Shown here one piece after another: positions 17,586 through 26,333 of a stretch of 36,044 nucleotides of DNA (positions are counted from its first letter, which is position 1; each line of letters begins with the position of its first letter). Source of the DNA: Candidatus Undinarchaeales archaeon (GTDB lineage Archaea > SpSt-1190 > JASMDC01); the NCBI GenBank assembly GCA_030753015.1, contig JASMDC010000035.1:1-36044 (forward strand). Reading direction: 5' to 3'. Below the pieces are notes generated by a model. That model was not told the DNA's origin. It ran no database searches and saw nothing but the letters and a program-made list of their open reading frames with translations. The translations under genes and the position numbers were made by a program.

Positions 17586-17948
17586 TCAGTCCCGTGTACA
17601 GAAGTCGCAAGTCTCAGGGACATCCTCAAGGCTGCGATGGATGTCACACAGGATTCTATCCTGCATCTCATGCTTGCAGATCTCGCACACTCTCATAAGG
17701 AATAGGGGCCTCTCCAGACCATCGTACATCTCGCGTGCGAGCGCCTTCACCTTGTCGGTCCCATTCTTAGAGAGCTTCAGCACCCCTCCTCGCTTATCCT
17801 TCAGGTAATGGGAGACCGCTGGTTGGGTGAAACCCAAGAGTTTCGCGATTTCCCTTTGGGATAGGCCGAGACGTTCGAGCTCCTTGGCGATCCCTCTGCG
17901 GATAGGTGGGAGGAGATACCTTATTGTGAGCTCACATGGAAGCAACAT
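17586..17948 (-). CDS. Archaeal HTH transcriptional regulator (COG2522-like) with C-terminal Cys/His metal-binding motif
   Basis: Start ATG 17948 after GAGGGGAGG SD; PCE..LLPPIRRGIAKEL..GLSQREIAKLLGFTQPAVSHYL..KRG HTH; CxxC..CxxH..CxxC tail. Confidence 0.85.
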   Translation of the reverse strand: MLLPCELTIRYLLPPIRRGIAKELERLGLSQREIAKLLGFTQPAVSHYLKDKRGGVLKLSKNGTDKVKALAREMYDGLERPLFLMRVCEICKHEMQDRILCDIHRSLEDVPETCDFCTRD

Positions 17949-17971
17949 GGTCCTCCCCTCAGAACTCCTCC

Positions 17972-17991
17972 AAAATAACAATTGTTATTTT
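17972..17991. promoter_or_regulatory. Perfect 20-bp palindromic operator AAAATAACAATTGTTATTTT in the regulator's own promoter
   Basis: Exact inverted repeat 24-43 nt upstream of ATG 17948, adjacent to an AT-rich TATA-like tract. Confidence 0.7.
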
Positions 17992-18197
17992 TATTATTTC
18001 CTACCCGCGGTGTTTGCACCCTCATAAGGAGAACCGGGTCGGCCCCGCCGTTCGTAGGATGATCGCCGTGAACCGGAATGACTTGAACATCGTGGTCGAT
18101 GGTGCAACACTCCGAGAACGGGTATATAGACACGGTTCCCGGTTCCTAGATGGATGTGATATCGAGATCACATATCGCCAAGGGATTGCCTTGCAGT

Positions 18198-19583
18198 TCA
18201 CCTCGCGGCCTCGAGCTGGTTGACCGCCTCCACGACCTGGGCGATGACGGTGTCCGAGGAGATCGTCGCGCCGGTTATGGTGTCGAAATCATTATTCGCG
18301 ACGGGTGACGACGCACCGGTGAACTGGCTGGAGAAGGCAGCCTCCAGGATCCGTGCACCGATGCCCGGGGTCTCATGCTGCTCGAGGATCTTGATGCCGG
18401 TCACGGTTGCAGGAACGCCAGCTGAGACATCCATGCCCACAAGCATCTTTATCGATCCGTGGTATCCACTGGCTTCCATGAGGAGCGCGTACCCTGCGAC
18501 CTCCCCGCCAGAGTAGCCCGCGTATACCTGACGTACTCGTCCCCTGTCGCCGGGATACACAGGCTCGTCGGAGACGAGCTTGTGCTCCCCAAGCCCTTCA
18601 AAACGCTCGGCCAGCGGGTACACCTCTTTCAGGTCCACCTGTTTGACCTCCTCGATGGTTGGAAGGGGCGTTGGGATGGGAGTTGGAACTGGCGTCAGAG
18701 CTGGTGTGGGGCCGGTGGTGGTGGATGGAGCGGGCGTTGGTGATGGCGTCGGGACGGGAGTGGGTGCAGGTGTCGGCTCAGGCGTCGGTACAAATCCGAA
18801 GGGGGTACATGTGTTGGCATCCTTGAGGTCCGTGCATTCCACCGCTTCCGAGCGTTCGATATCGCCCGCACTCACCCACACACGTACCAATATACCCGTG
18901 CCGGTCCGAACGATATAGATGGTGGATGAGCCGTCCAGAACAGAGGTGACGACCTCGATGTCTTCCACTAGCGGGTAGGCCTCCTTCAGCGCCGTCATCA
19001 GCGCTTGAAACCTATCCCTTCCATCGGTCCCTGTAGCGCTACCGGGGGAAGGAGCCACGGTGGTGGCTGAGGGCGACGGCGTTCGCCCGGGTGTTGGCTC
19101 CGCCTTGATGGGAGTGCATGACCGGATTTCCGACGGGTCCGTGCATTGGACCACCTCCGAGCTGTCGATGCGACCATCTGTAGTCCGGATCCGCACCAGG
19201 CCGATCGTGTCGGCCCTTACAAGGTAGGTGCTCAATGGGCCTGCGTGGGCGGATGTCATGAGCTCGGAGTCCGAGGAAGCGTATCTCTGTGAGAGATGGT
19301 CAATGACCTCCGCCGGGATATCGTTCGCTCCCCAGAACAGGAAGACGAGGACGGCCGTGATGAAGAGCAGGATGAGACCCAGCATGGCTATGTCCAGCCG
19401 GCGGCCCGCCAAGGGGCTATCCGCGGCCACCTCGGCCGGGGGTGACGTCATCAAGGCCCGGTCGAGTGCGTCCTCGACGTCCTCGGGAGCGTACTCTTGG
19501 GAGAGCAGATACTCGCGGATCTGATCGCCGTCATAGCCCTGGGAGAGGTACGAAAGCACATATTCATCAAGCTCTGTACCCAA
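18198..19583 (-). CDS. Membrane-anchored protein with duplicated Cys-containing module, Pro/Thr linker and C-terminal RnfG-like FMN-binding domain
   Basis: TTG start; N-terminal YV..YLSQGY...QIREYLL..EY....VEDAL helix motif; TM helix; GYHGSIKMLVG..GIKILEQHETPGIGARI..DTITGATISS (covalent FMN [S/T]GAT motif). Confidence 0.85.
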   Translation of the reverse strand: MGTELDEYVLSYLSQGYDGDQIREYLLSQEYAPEDVEDALDRALMTSPPAEVAADSPLAGRRLDIAMLGLILLFITAVLVFLFWGANDIPAEVIDHLSQRYASSDSELMTSAHAGPLSTYLVRADTIGLVRIRTTDGRIDSSEVVQCTDPSEIRSCTPIKAEPTPGRTPSPSATTVAPSPGSATGTDGRDRFQALMTALKEAYPLVEDIEVVTSVLDGSSTIYIVRTGTGILVRVWVSAGDIERSEAVECTDLKDANTCTPFGFVPTPEPTPAPTPVPTPSPTPAPSTTTGPTPALTPVPTPIPTPLPTIEEVKQVDLKEVYPLAERFEGLGEHKLVSDEPVYPGDRGRVRQVYAGYSGGEVAGYALLMEASGYHGSIKMLVGMDVSAGVPATVTGIKILEQHETPGIGARILEAAFSSQFTGASSPVANNDFDTITGATISSDTVIAQVVEAVNQLEAAR

Positions 19584-19598
19584 GTATACTGTTGCCCC

Positions 19599-20561
19599 CT
19601 AAGTTTGTCCGTCAATGAATTTGATGTAAGTATTGATGTACTTGTAGATGTCGTCCGGGGAGATGGCTACCGCCAACCCCTTCTGCTCCTTTGCGCACTG
19701 CAGCGCGGCGAACAGAATCGCACCCGTTGTGGGTCCCACGAGAAGGCCCCCCTTCCTTGCTAAAAGGATTCCGGTCCTGTAGGCGTCCTCGTCCGAGACC
19801 GAGATGACCTCGTCAATAAGCGACATGTCAAGTATCTTCGGGACAAGGTCATCCCTCAGACCCGTTATCCTCTTCATCCCAGGCAGGTTGTGCTCTGCCG
19901 TTTCCGGCTCGATCCCTATCACTTTGATATCGGGTTTCTTCTCCTTTAGATACTTGCTCACACCAGTTATCGTCCCACACGTCCCGAACGCAGCGAAGAA
20001 ATAATCGATCTTGCCTCGTGTCTGTCGCCAGATCTCCGGACCCGTCGTCTCGTAGTGCGCTCGAACGTTCAGTTCGTTCTCATACTGGTTCGGGTAGACA
20101 TACGAGCCCTCGTTCCGTGGGCTCTCAGCGATGCTCTTTGCCAAGCCCCGTGCTCCCTCGTTCGGGAACAACGGACACAGGCCGTCGTCCGCCTCCCAGA
20201 GCTCGACGCCCAGGAGTCTCAACAGCTTCTTCTTCTCCTCCGGGATCCGATCAGGTACGGCGATCTCGACGGGGATGCCCCTGGCGTTCGCCAACGATGC
20301 CAAGGCGATGCCGGTATTACCTGAGGAGGGCTCGATCAAGGACTGGCCTTTCTTGATCCCGGCATGCTCCAACATCGATAAGGCGATCCTGTCCTTGACG
20401 GAACCGAAGGGATTGTACCGCTCCAGCTTGAGGTAAATCGGAAAGCCAGGATGTGGATTGATACCCTCGTTCACCCGTACCATCGGTGTCGGATTCTCCG
20501 GGTTCGAGATGAGGCCCTCTATGCTATCGTAGACCCTGAGCTGATCGTTCGGTCCTGTCAT
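19599..20561 (-). CDS. cysK: Cysteine synthase family protein (PLP-dependent, CysK/CysM)
   Basis: KLERYNPFGSVKDRIA (PLP lysine), SSGNTGIALA, NQYEN, HYETTGPEIW, GTCGTITG; GGAGGTG SD. The CysK versus CysM subtype is not resolved. Confidence 0.9.
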   Translation of the reverse strand: MTGPNDQLRVYDSIEGLISNPENPTPMVRVNEGINPHPGFPIYLKLERYNPFGSVKDRIALSMLEHAGIKKGQSLIEPSSGNTGIALASLANARGIPVEIAVPDRIPEEKKKLLRLLGVELWEADDGLCPLFPNEGARGLAKSIAESPRNEGSYVYPNQYENELNVRAHYETTGPEIWRQTRGKIDYFFAAFGTCGTITGVSKYLKEKKPDIKVIGIEPETAEHNLPGMKRITGLRDDLVPKILDMSLIDEVISVSDEDAYRTGILLARKGGLLVGPTTGAILFAALQCAKEQKGLAVAISPDDIYKYINTYIKFIDGQT

Positions 20562-20592
20562 ACATACACCTCCTTGGTATAGAGAGCGGCAC

Positions 20593-20859
20593 CTAGCCCT
20601 TCTTGATGATTATTTTTCGGGAGGTCTTGTCCACGTCGGTGGTCTCGAGCACCGTGCACCCGAGCTTATCAGCGGCGCTGAGGATGGTCTCGAAGGACGG
20701 TACGTTGTCGGTAACCACCTCGAGCACATCCCCGGAGGAGAGCGTCTTCAAGGCCCTCCTCACAAGGACCTCAGGGTAGGGGCAGGAGTATCCCAACGCA
20801 TCCAGTGCGTACCGCCCCTTTTCAAGTTCCTCAAGACCGAGCTTTCCATGTGATGTCAT
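20593..20859 (-). CDS. tusA: TusA/SirA family sulfur carrier
   Basis: LDALGYSCPYP (CPxP) and GDVLEVVTDN motifs; GAGGTGA SD. Confidence 0.9.
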   Translation of the reverse strand: MTSHGKLGLEELEKGRYALDALGYSCPYPEVLVRRALKTLSSGDVLEVVTDNVPSFETILSAADKLGCTVLETTDVDKTSRKIIIKKG

Positions 20860-20860
20860 C

Positions 20861-22357
20861 CTATTTCACCTCTAGTTGTACCATCGATCCCAGTTCCTCT
20901 GCTGAATGTGATGCGCAGAACTCTGCGAAGTCCGCAAAACCCTCCTTCAGACAGTAGTCCACGAGCCTCTCGATCACGTCCCTCACGTGCTCCGGGTCCA
21001 CCTTCTTCGCCACGAGCTTGCTGAGCTGCGCCTTCTCTCCAAGCCTGCCGCCGAGGTAGATGTGGTATAACTCCCTGGCCTCGCTCGCGCTCACCGGAAT
21101 GCCCATCAGGCCTATGTCCCCAGTCGTCCGCAAGCAACAATCGTTCGGGCACCCGGACACGTACAGCCTCAGCTTCAGGTCATCGAGAGCCGTGCCAAAG
21201 CGACGCTCTAGATGCTCGACGATCCCCCTCGCCATCTGCTTTGGATAGGGTTCTGCGGCTTTTCCACAGAAGTCGGCCGCGCAGCCGATTGCCGTCCATC
21301 GGAGCGGCGGGCCCCGAACTGGCAGGTCTATGTCCCCAAGCTGCTTCAGGGCGTCCTCCAGCCCGTCCTGGGGGATGTTCACGAGGATCATGTTCTGGAA
21401 CGTGGTGTTCCGAACCTCGCCGCTCCCGAACTCGTCGACGATGTCGGACACGCGCCGCATGCGCTCGCTGGAAAGGATCCCCCCGATCAGCGGGATGGTG
21501 ATGAAGTAGTTTCCGTCCTTCTGTTCCTGGATCCCGCTGTGCTCTTCGCCGCTTATCCTCGGGCGGACCTCGAGCGGCTCCAGCTTCCTGCCCAGCTTTT
21601 CTTCGAGCTTCTCCCTCACCTGCTGGACGCCCCAGTTCGCGACCAGGTACTTGAACCGCGCCTTCGCCTTGCTCTCGCGGTTGCCGTGGTCCCGGTGGAT
21701 CTCGGCCATGGCCCGGGTGACGTCGAAGACATCGGAGGGCTTGATGAACGCGCCCAGCGGCTCGGCGAGCCTCGGCCCCGGCTGCGTCGCCCCGACCCCT
21801 CCACCGATGAGGGCAGCGAATCCAACCTCACCCTCATGCTCCACGGCGAACAGCCCTATGTCCTGGACCTCGGGCTTGGTGCACCTGATATCACACCCCG
21901 TGATCGAGATCTTGAACTTCTTGGGCATGTCGAGGAAGTCCCGGTTGCCGATGAAGAAATCGTTCATCTTCTTGGCCAGCGGCCGGACGTCGATGAGCTC
22001 GTCCCTGTCGACGCCTGCTACCGGGCACACGACGATGTTCCGAACATCGCCGTACCGCGCCCCCGGAAAGGCCTGGCCGCATTTGTCGGTGGTGAATCCG
22101 AGCTTCTCCATCCGGGCAAAGGCCTTCGGCGCATGCTCACCCTCTATCCAGTGGAGCTGTATGTCCTGTCGATCCGTGATCTCCGTATAGCCGCGGCCGT
22201 AGTCGTCGGACATCTGGGCGATGGCGCGGAGCTGTTCAGATGTCAATGTCCCGGCCGGGACCTTTATCCTGAGGAACTGATGGGAGCCGAGCCCCCGGTC
22301 TCTTCCCAGAGAATATCTGTCCATGAACCGCATGAGGTCGTCGGTTTCTATCTCCAT
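20861..22357 (-). CDS. sir: Ferredoxin-dependent sulfite (nitrite/sulfite family) reductase, siroheme/[4Fe-4S] hemoprotein
   Basis: LRIKVPAG, ITDRQDIQLH, VRNIVVCP, MPKKFKISITGC, KARFKYLV, CAADFC...SGCPNDC ligands; the operon context favours sulfite. Confidence 0.9.
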   Translation of the reverse strand: MEIETDDLMRFMDRYSLGRDRGLGSHQFLRIKVPAGTLTSEQLRAIAQMSDDYGRGYTEITDRQDIQLHWIEGEHAPKAFARMEKLGFTTDKCGQAFPGARYGDVRNIVVCPVAGVDRDELIDVRPLAKKMNDFFIGNRDFLDMPKKFKISITGCDIRCTKPEVQDIGLFAVEHEGEVGFAALIGGGVGATQPGPRLAEPLGAFIKPSDVFDVTRAMAEIHRDHGNRESKAKARFKYLVANWGVQQVREKLEEKLGRKLEPLEVRPRISGEEHSGIQEQKDGNYFITIPLIGGILSSERMRRVSDIVDEFGSGEVRNTTFQNMILVNIPQDGLEDALKQLGDIDLPVRGPPLRWTAIGCAADFCGKAAEPYPKQMARGIVEHLERRFGTALDDLKLRLYVSGCPNDCCLRTTGDIGLMGIPVSASEARELYHIYLGGRLGEKAQLSKLVAKKVDPEHVRDVIERLVDYCLKEGFADFAEFCASHSAEELGSMVQLEVK

Positions 22358-22400
22358 TTCAGTGCCCCCTGCATCGTATGTCAGATTGAAACATCTATTG

Positions 22401-23369
22401 TCACACTTCCTTGAGCCATCGCGCAGCGTCTTTTGCGAAGTAGGTGATGATGAGGTCCGCTCCGGCCCGCTTGATGCTGGTCAGCACCTCCATGGCCGTC
22501 GCCCTCTCGTCCAGCCACCCGGATCTGGCCGCGGCCTTCACCATGGAGTACTCGCCGCTGACATTGTACGCTGCGGTTGGATGACCGAACCGTTCCTTCA
22601 CCCGCCGGATGATGTCCAGGTACGGTAGGGCCGGTTTGACCATGACGATATCGGCGCCCTCGTCGATGTCCAGGGCCACCTCCCGCAAAGCCTCCTCCCC
22701 GTTAGCAGGGTCCATCTGGTAGCTTCGTCGATCCCCGAATTGGGGAGTCGAGTACGCCGCCTCGCGAAAGGGACCGTAGAAGGAGGACGCGAACTTGGCA
22801 GCATAGGACATGATACCGATGTGCTCGTACCCTGCACCGTCGAGCGCGGTCCTGATGGCACCCACCCGCCCGTCCATCATGTCCGACGGCGCCACCATGT
22901 CAGCTCCCGCCTCTGCGTGGGACCGTGCGACCTTGGTAAGCAGGTCGAGAGAGGGATCGTTGAGCACGCTGCCGTCCGAGACCACGCCGCAGTGACCCGA
23001 TGTAGTGTACTGGCAGAGGCACACATCGGTGATGACCACCAGTCTGTCGCCGTAGGCCTCCTTGAGTGCGGTAACGGCCTGCTGCACTACACCCTCCGAA
23101 GACGAGGCAGAGGACGCATTTGGGTCCTTTTTCAGGGGGATGCCGAAGAGGAGCACCGCAGGGATTCCGAGGTCCACCACGGACCGGGCCTCTTCCACTA
23201 CGCCCTCGTATGGGACGTGGAAGACGCCCGGCATCGAGGGGATCTCGCTCTTCTCGGTGATGCCCTCCCGCACGAACAAGGGTGCGACCAGGTCGTTGAC
23301 GCTCAGCTGCGTCTCCCGCATCATCCTCCGGATGGCCTCCGAGCGGCGGAGCCTCCGGGGTCGTATCAC
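22401..23369 (-). CDS. hemB: Porphobilinogen synthase (Zn-type)
   Basis: [56 protein letters not shown]; the true start may be CTG at 23384 (see findings). Confidence 0.97.
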   Translation of the reverse strand: MIRPRRLRRSEAIRRMMRETQLSVNDLVAPLFVREGITEKSEIPSMPGVFHVPYEGVVEEARSVVDLGIPAVLLFGIPLKKDPNASSASSSEGVVQQAVTALKEAYGDRLVVITDVCLCQYTTSGHCGVVSDGSVLNDPSLDLLTKVARSHAEAGADMVAPSDMMDGRVGAIRTALDGAGYEHIGIMSYAAKFASSFYGPFREAAYSTPQFGDRRSYQMDPANGEEALREVALDIDEGADIVMVKPALPYLDIIRRVKERFGHPTAAYNVSGEYSMVKAAARSGWLDERATAMEVLTSIKRAGADLIITYFAKDAARWLKEV

Positions 23370-23439
23370 CGGGAAGCCGGACAGGACGATCCCCCCTTGG
23401 TAAAGATCACGTTCTCGTTATAATACAAAATTGGCATGT

Positions 23440-24771
23440 TCACCCACCCCCTCCACTCACCATGCTCCCGAAAGCGCGGTCGGCGATGGCGATAGTCTCC
23501 TCGATGTCATGGTCCGAATGTGCAGTGGAGACGAACCCGGACTCGAACTGTGATGGTGCGAGGTTGACACCTGCGGACTGGAGCGCCCAGAAGAACCTTG
23601 CGTACCGTGCCGTGTCCGATCCTTTGGCAGTTGCATGGTCCCGGACCTCCGTTGTTGTGAAGAACATCGAGAACATGGACCCTACTCTGGTGGGGAAGAC
23701 ATCCACGCCATGTTCTTCGGCAGCAGCTGTCAGACCCTTGTCGAGAGTGGACGATGCCCGCTCGAGACGATCGTACACACCTTCACGTCCAAGGACCTCG
23801 AGGGTCTTGATACCTGCGCGCATCGCAACGGGATTCCCCGAGAGAGTCCCTGCTTGGTAGACCTTACCGATGGGTGCGACCTGTTCCATTATGTCCCTCC
23901 TTCCTCCGTAGGCCCCTACGGGGAATCCCCCGCCGATGACCTTTCCTAGACAAGTTAGGTCCGGGACAACGCCGAACCGGCCCTGCGCTCCGTTGTACCC
24001 GACCCGGAACCCTGTGATCACCTCGTCGAACACGAGCAGGATGTCCTCGCGGTCGCAGATCTCCCGTAGACCCTCCAGGAATCCCTCACGTGGCGGTACG
24101 ACACCCATGTTCCCGCACACGGGCTCGAGGATGATGCACGCGATCCTGCCACGGTGGTTCTTCACGACGGTGTCAACAGCGAGAAGGTCGTTATATGGGA
24201 GCGAGATGGTGTTCCTCGCAAAGTCAGCAGGCACGCCCTTGCTGTCGGGAACACCAAGGGTCAGTCCGCCTGATCCGGCCTGGATGAGGAGATGGTCCAC
24301 ATGACCGTGGTAACAGCCATCGAACTTGATGATAATGTCCCTGCCCGTGAATCCCCGGGCGAGACGGATCGCGGACATGGTGGCCTCGGTGCCGGAGTTG
24401 ACCATTCGCACAAGCTCCACGGCGGGCAGCGCTTCCACGATCATCCTGGCCAGTGTGGACTCCATCTCGGTGGGTGCACCATAGCTCACACCCCGCTCGG
24501 TCTGGTCCCGCACGCACGCCATCACCTCGGGGTGGGCATGGCCGAGGATGAGGGGACCCCAGGAGCACACATAGTCGATGTACTCCTTCCCGTCGACATC
24601 ATGGATCCTCGATCCCGTGGCCCGTGACACGAAGAACGGATTCCCCCCCACACCACTGAAGGCACGGACCGGGCTGTTGACTCCTCCTGGGATATAGCTT
24701 TTCGCAAGGTCGAACAACTTCTTCGAGCGTTCCCCACGTTCCGGGACATGAGTTCCTGTATCGTTCATCAT
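23440..24771 (-). CDS. hemL: Glutamate-1-semialdehyde 2,1-aminomutase
   Basis: IPGGVNSPVRAF, NSGTEATMSAIRLARG, FDEVITGFR, LGKVIGGGFPVG, YQAGTLSGNP. Confidence 0.97.
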   Translation of the reverse strand: MMNDTGTHVPERGERSKKLFDLAKSYIPGGVNSPVRAFSGVGGNPFFVSRATGSRIHDVDGKEYIDYVCSWGPLILGHAHPEVMACVRDQTERGVSYGAPTEMESTLARMIVEALPAVELVRMVNSGTEATMSAIRLARGFTGRDIIIKFDGCYHGHVDHLLIQAGSGGLTLGVPDSKGVPADFARNTISLPYNDLLAVDTVVKNHRGRIACIILEPVCGNMGVVPPREGFLEGLREICDREDILLVFDEVITGFRVGYNGAQGRFGVVPDLTCLGKVIGGGFPVGAYGGRRDIMEQVAPIGKVYQAGTLSGNPVAMRAGIKTLEVLGREGVYDRLERASSTLDKGLTAAAEEHGVDVFPTRVGSMFSMFFTTTEVRDHATAKGSDTARYARFFWALQSAGVNLAPSQFESGFVSTAHSDHDIEETIAIADRAFGSMVSGGGG

Positions 24772-26321
24772 GGTACTCGTTCCCCTCCGTCCTCAGAGGT
24801 CGTATCTCGTAGATGGCTCTCGAGCGCTGCCACGAGGCCCTCCATGGTCGACGTCGTCGCTACAACATCAGACTCGATACCAAGTTCCCTGACCGCCGCA
24901 GCGGTCACAGGACCGATGCAGGCGATGGTGGCCGCGCCCCCTGCAAGGAGCTCGGTCCCCTGGCTCCCTATGCCCTTGAAGAACGTCTTGACCGCTGAAG
25001 GGCTCAGGAAGGTGATGGTGTGGAGCCCTCCCGACTCGAGTTGCGCGATGAGGCGTTCTCCGTCGAAGTCGCATTCCACGGTCCGGTAGACGGGGAGGTC
25101 ACGGACCTCGGCCCCCATCCGGGATAGCCCGTCCGGGAGCGCGGGGTTGGCCCCGGCTGCCCGTGGGATAAGGACCTTCTTCCCCTCCAGTGACCTTTCG
25201 CGCAGCACGGCCAAGAGTCCGTTCGATGTGAACACTTCTGGCACTACGGAAACGGTCACGCCTCGTGACTCCAGCTCTTTTGCGGTCACGGGTCCGATGG
25301 CCCCGACGGAGGACCGGGAGAGCGTTTGTGGCGAAACGCCGCAAGCATCCATCCTGTCAAGGAAGGTACGGACTCCGTTGACGCTTGTGAAGAGCACCCA
25401 ATCGTAGTGGTCGATCCGCAGGACCTCCTCCTCGATCGCCCTTGTATCGTCCAGACCCTCCACCGCGATGACCGGCACGACCTCGGGGACCGCACCAGCA
25501 CCGGTGAGGAGCCGGCTGAAGGTATCGGCCTGTGCTTTCGGTCTCGTTACGAGGACGGTCTTCCCGGCAAGCGGGCTTGGCACGAACCAACTCAGCCTCT
25601 CTCCCAGAGGTACCACGTCACCGATCACGATAACCGCCGGAGGTCGGATGCGTGCATTGGCAGCTTGTTCCACAAGCTCGCACAGGGGAGCATTGACGGT
25701 CCGCTGACGATGTGTCGTTCCGTCCTCTATGATCGCTGCGGGGGTGCCTGCATCGACACCCGCATCGAGGAGGTTCTGCACGATGTGTGAGAGGTTCGCC
25801 ACGCCCATGAGGATGACTAGGGTCTGGGCACGGTCGGTGAACTCGTTCCATCGGATGGACGGAACGGTCTTTATCGGGTCCTCGTGTCCTGTGAGGCAGA
25901 TGAAGGAGGAGGCATGTCGTCTATGTGTCAGAGGGATCCCTGCATAGGCGGGTACTGCGATGGCCGACGAGATGCCAGGGACTATCTCGAACTCGATCCC
26001 GGCCTCGACCAGACGTTCCGCCTCCTCACCGCCCCGACCGAACACGAAGGGATCGCCCCCTTTCAACCGGACAACTCGCTTTCCCTTTAATGCTAGGTCG
26101 ACGAGGATGTCGTTGATCTCCTTCTGGCTACGGCCTTCCCCTCCCGGAACCTTCCCGACATGGATGAGCTTGCATCCAGCTCCTACCTCGGAAAGGAGCA
26201 CAGGGTCCACCAGACGGTCGTACACGACGACGTCCGCGTTCCGGATCACCTCCATCCCCTTGACGGTGATGAGCCCGGGATCCCCCGGCCCCGCTCCTAC
26301 GAGATAGACCTTGCCAGCCAT
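24768..26321 (-). CDS. cobA: Fused uroporphyrinogen-III C-methyltransferase / uroporphyrinogen-III synthase (CobA-HemD)
   Basis: VYLVGAGPGDPGLIT, RLKGGDPFVFGRGGEE; C-terminal half PLAGKTVLVTRP, WVLFTSVNGV, AIGPVTA, CIGPVTA. Confidence 0.96.
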   Translation of the reverse strand: MAGKVYLVGAGPGDPGLITVKGMEVIRNADVVVYDRLVDPVLLSEVGAGCKLIHVGKVPGGEGRSQKEINDILVDLALKGKRVVRLKGGDPFVFGRGGEEAERLVEAGIEFEIVPGISSAIAVPAYAGIPLTHRRHASSFICLTGHEDPIKTVPSIRWNEFTDRAQTLVILMGVANLSHIVQNLLDAGVDAGTPAAIIEDGTTHRQRTVNAPLCELVEQAANARIRPPAVIVIGDVVPLGERLSWFVPSPLAGKTVLVTRPKAQADTFSRLLTGAGAVPEVVPVIAVEGLDDTRAIEEEVLRIDHYDWVLFTSVNGVRTFLDRMDACGVSPQTLSRSSVGAIGPVTAKELESRGVTVSVVPEVFTSNGLLAVLRERSLEGKKVLIPRAAGANPALPDGLSRMGAEVRDLPVYRTVECDFDGERLIAQLESGGLHTITFLSPSAVKTFFKGIGSQGTELLAGGAATIACIGPVTAAAVRELGIESDVVATTSTMEGLVAALESHLRDTTSEDGGERVP

Positions 26322-26333
26322 GTCAAACAGACC

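Noticed and set aside
18155-18172. CRP-like TGTGA..TCACA box
   Set aside because: Spacer is 8 nt rather than 6 and the context is archaeal; kept only as a generic inverted repeat
17921-18223. Small ORFs 17921-18133 (minus) and 17936-18223 (plus)
   Set aside because: They overlap the regulator start, operator and neighbouring gene end, with no recognisable motifs
18198-19583. Calling this gene rnfG of an Rnf complex
   Set aside because: No other rnf genes in the window and the architecture has ~300 extra residues
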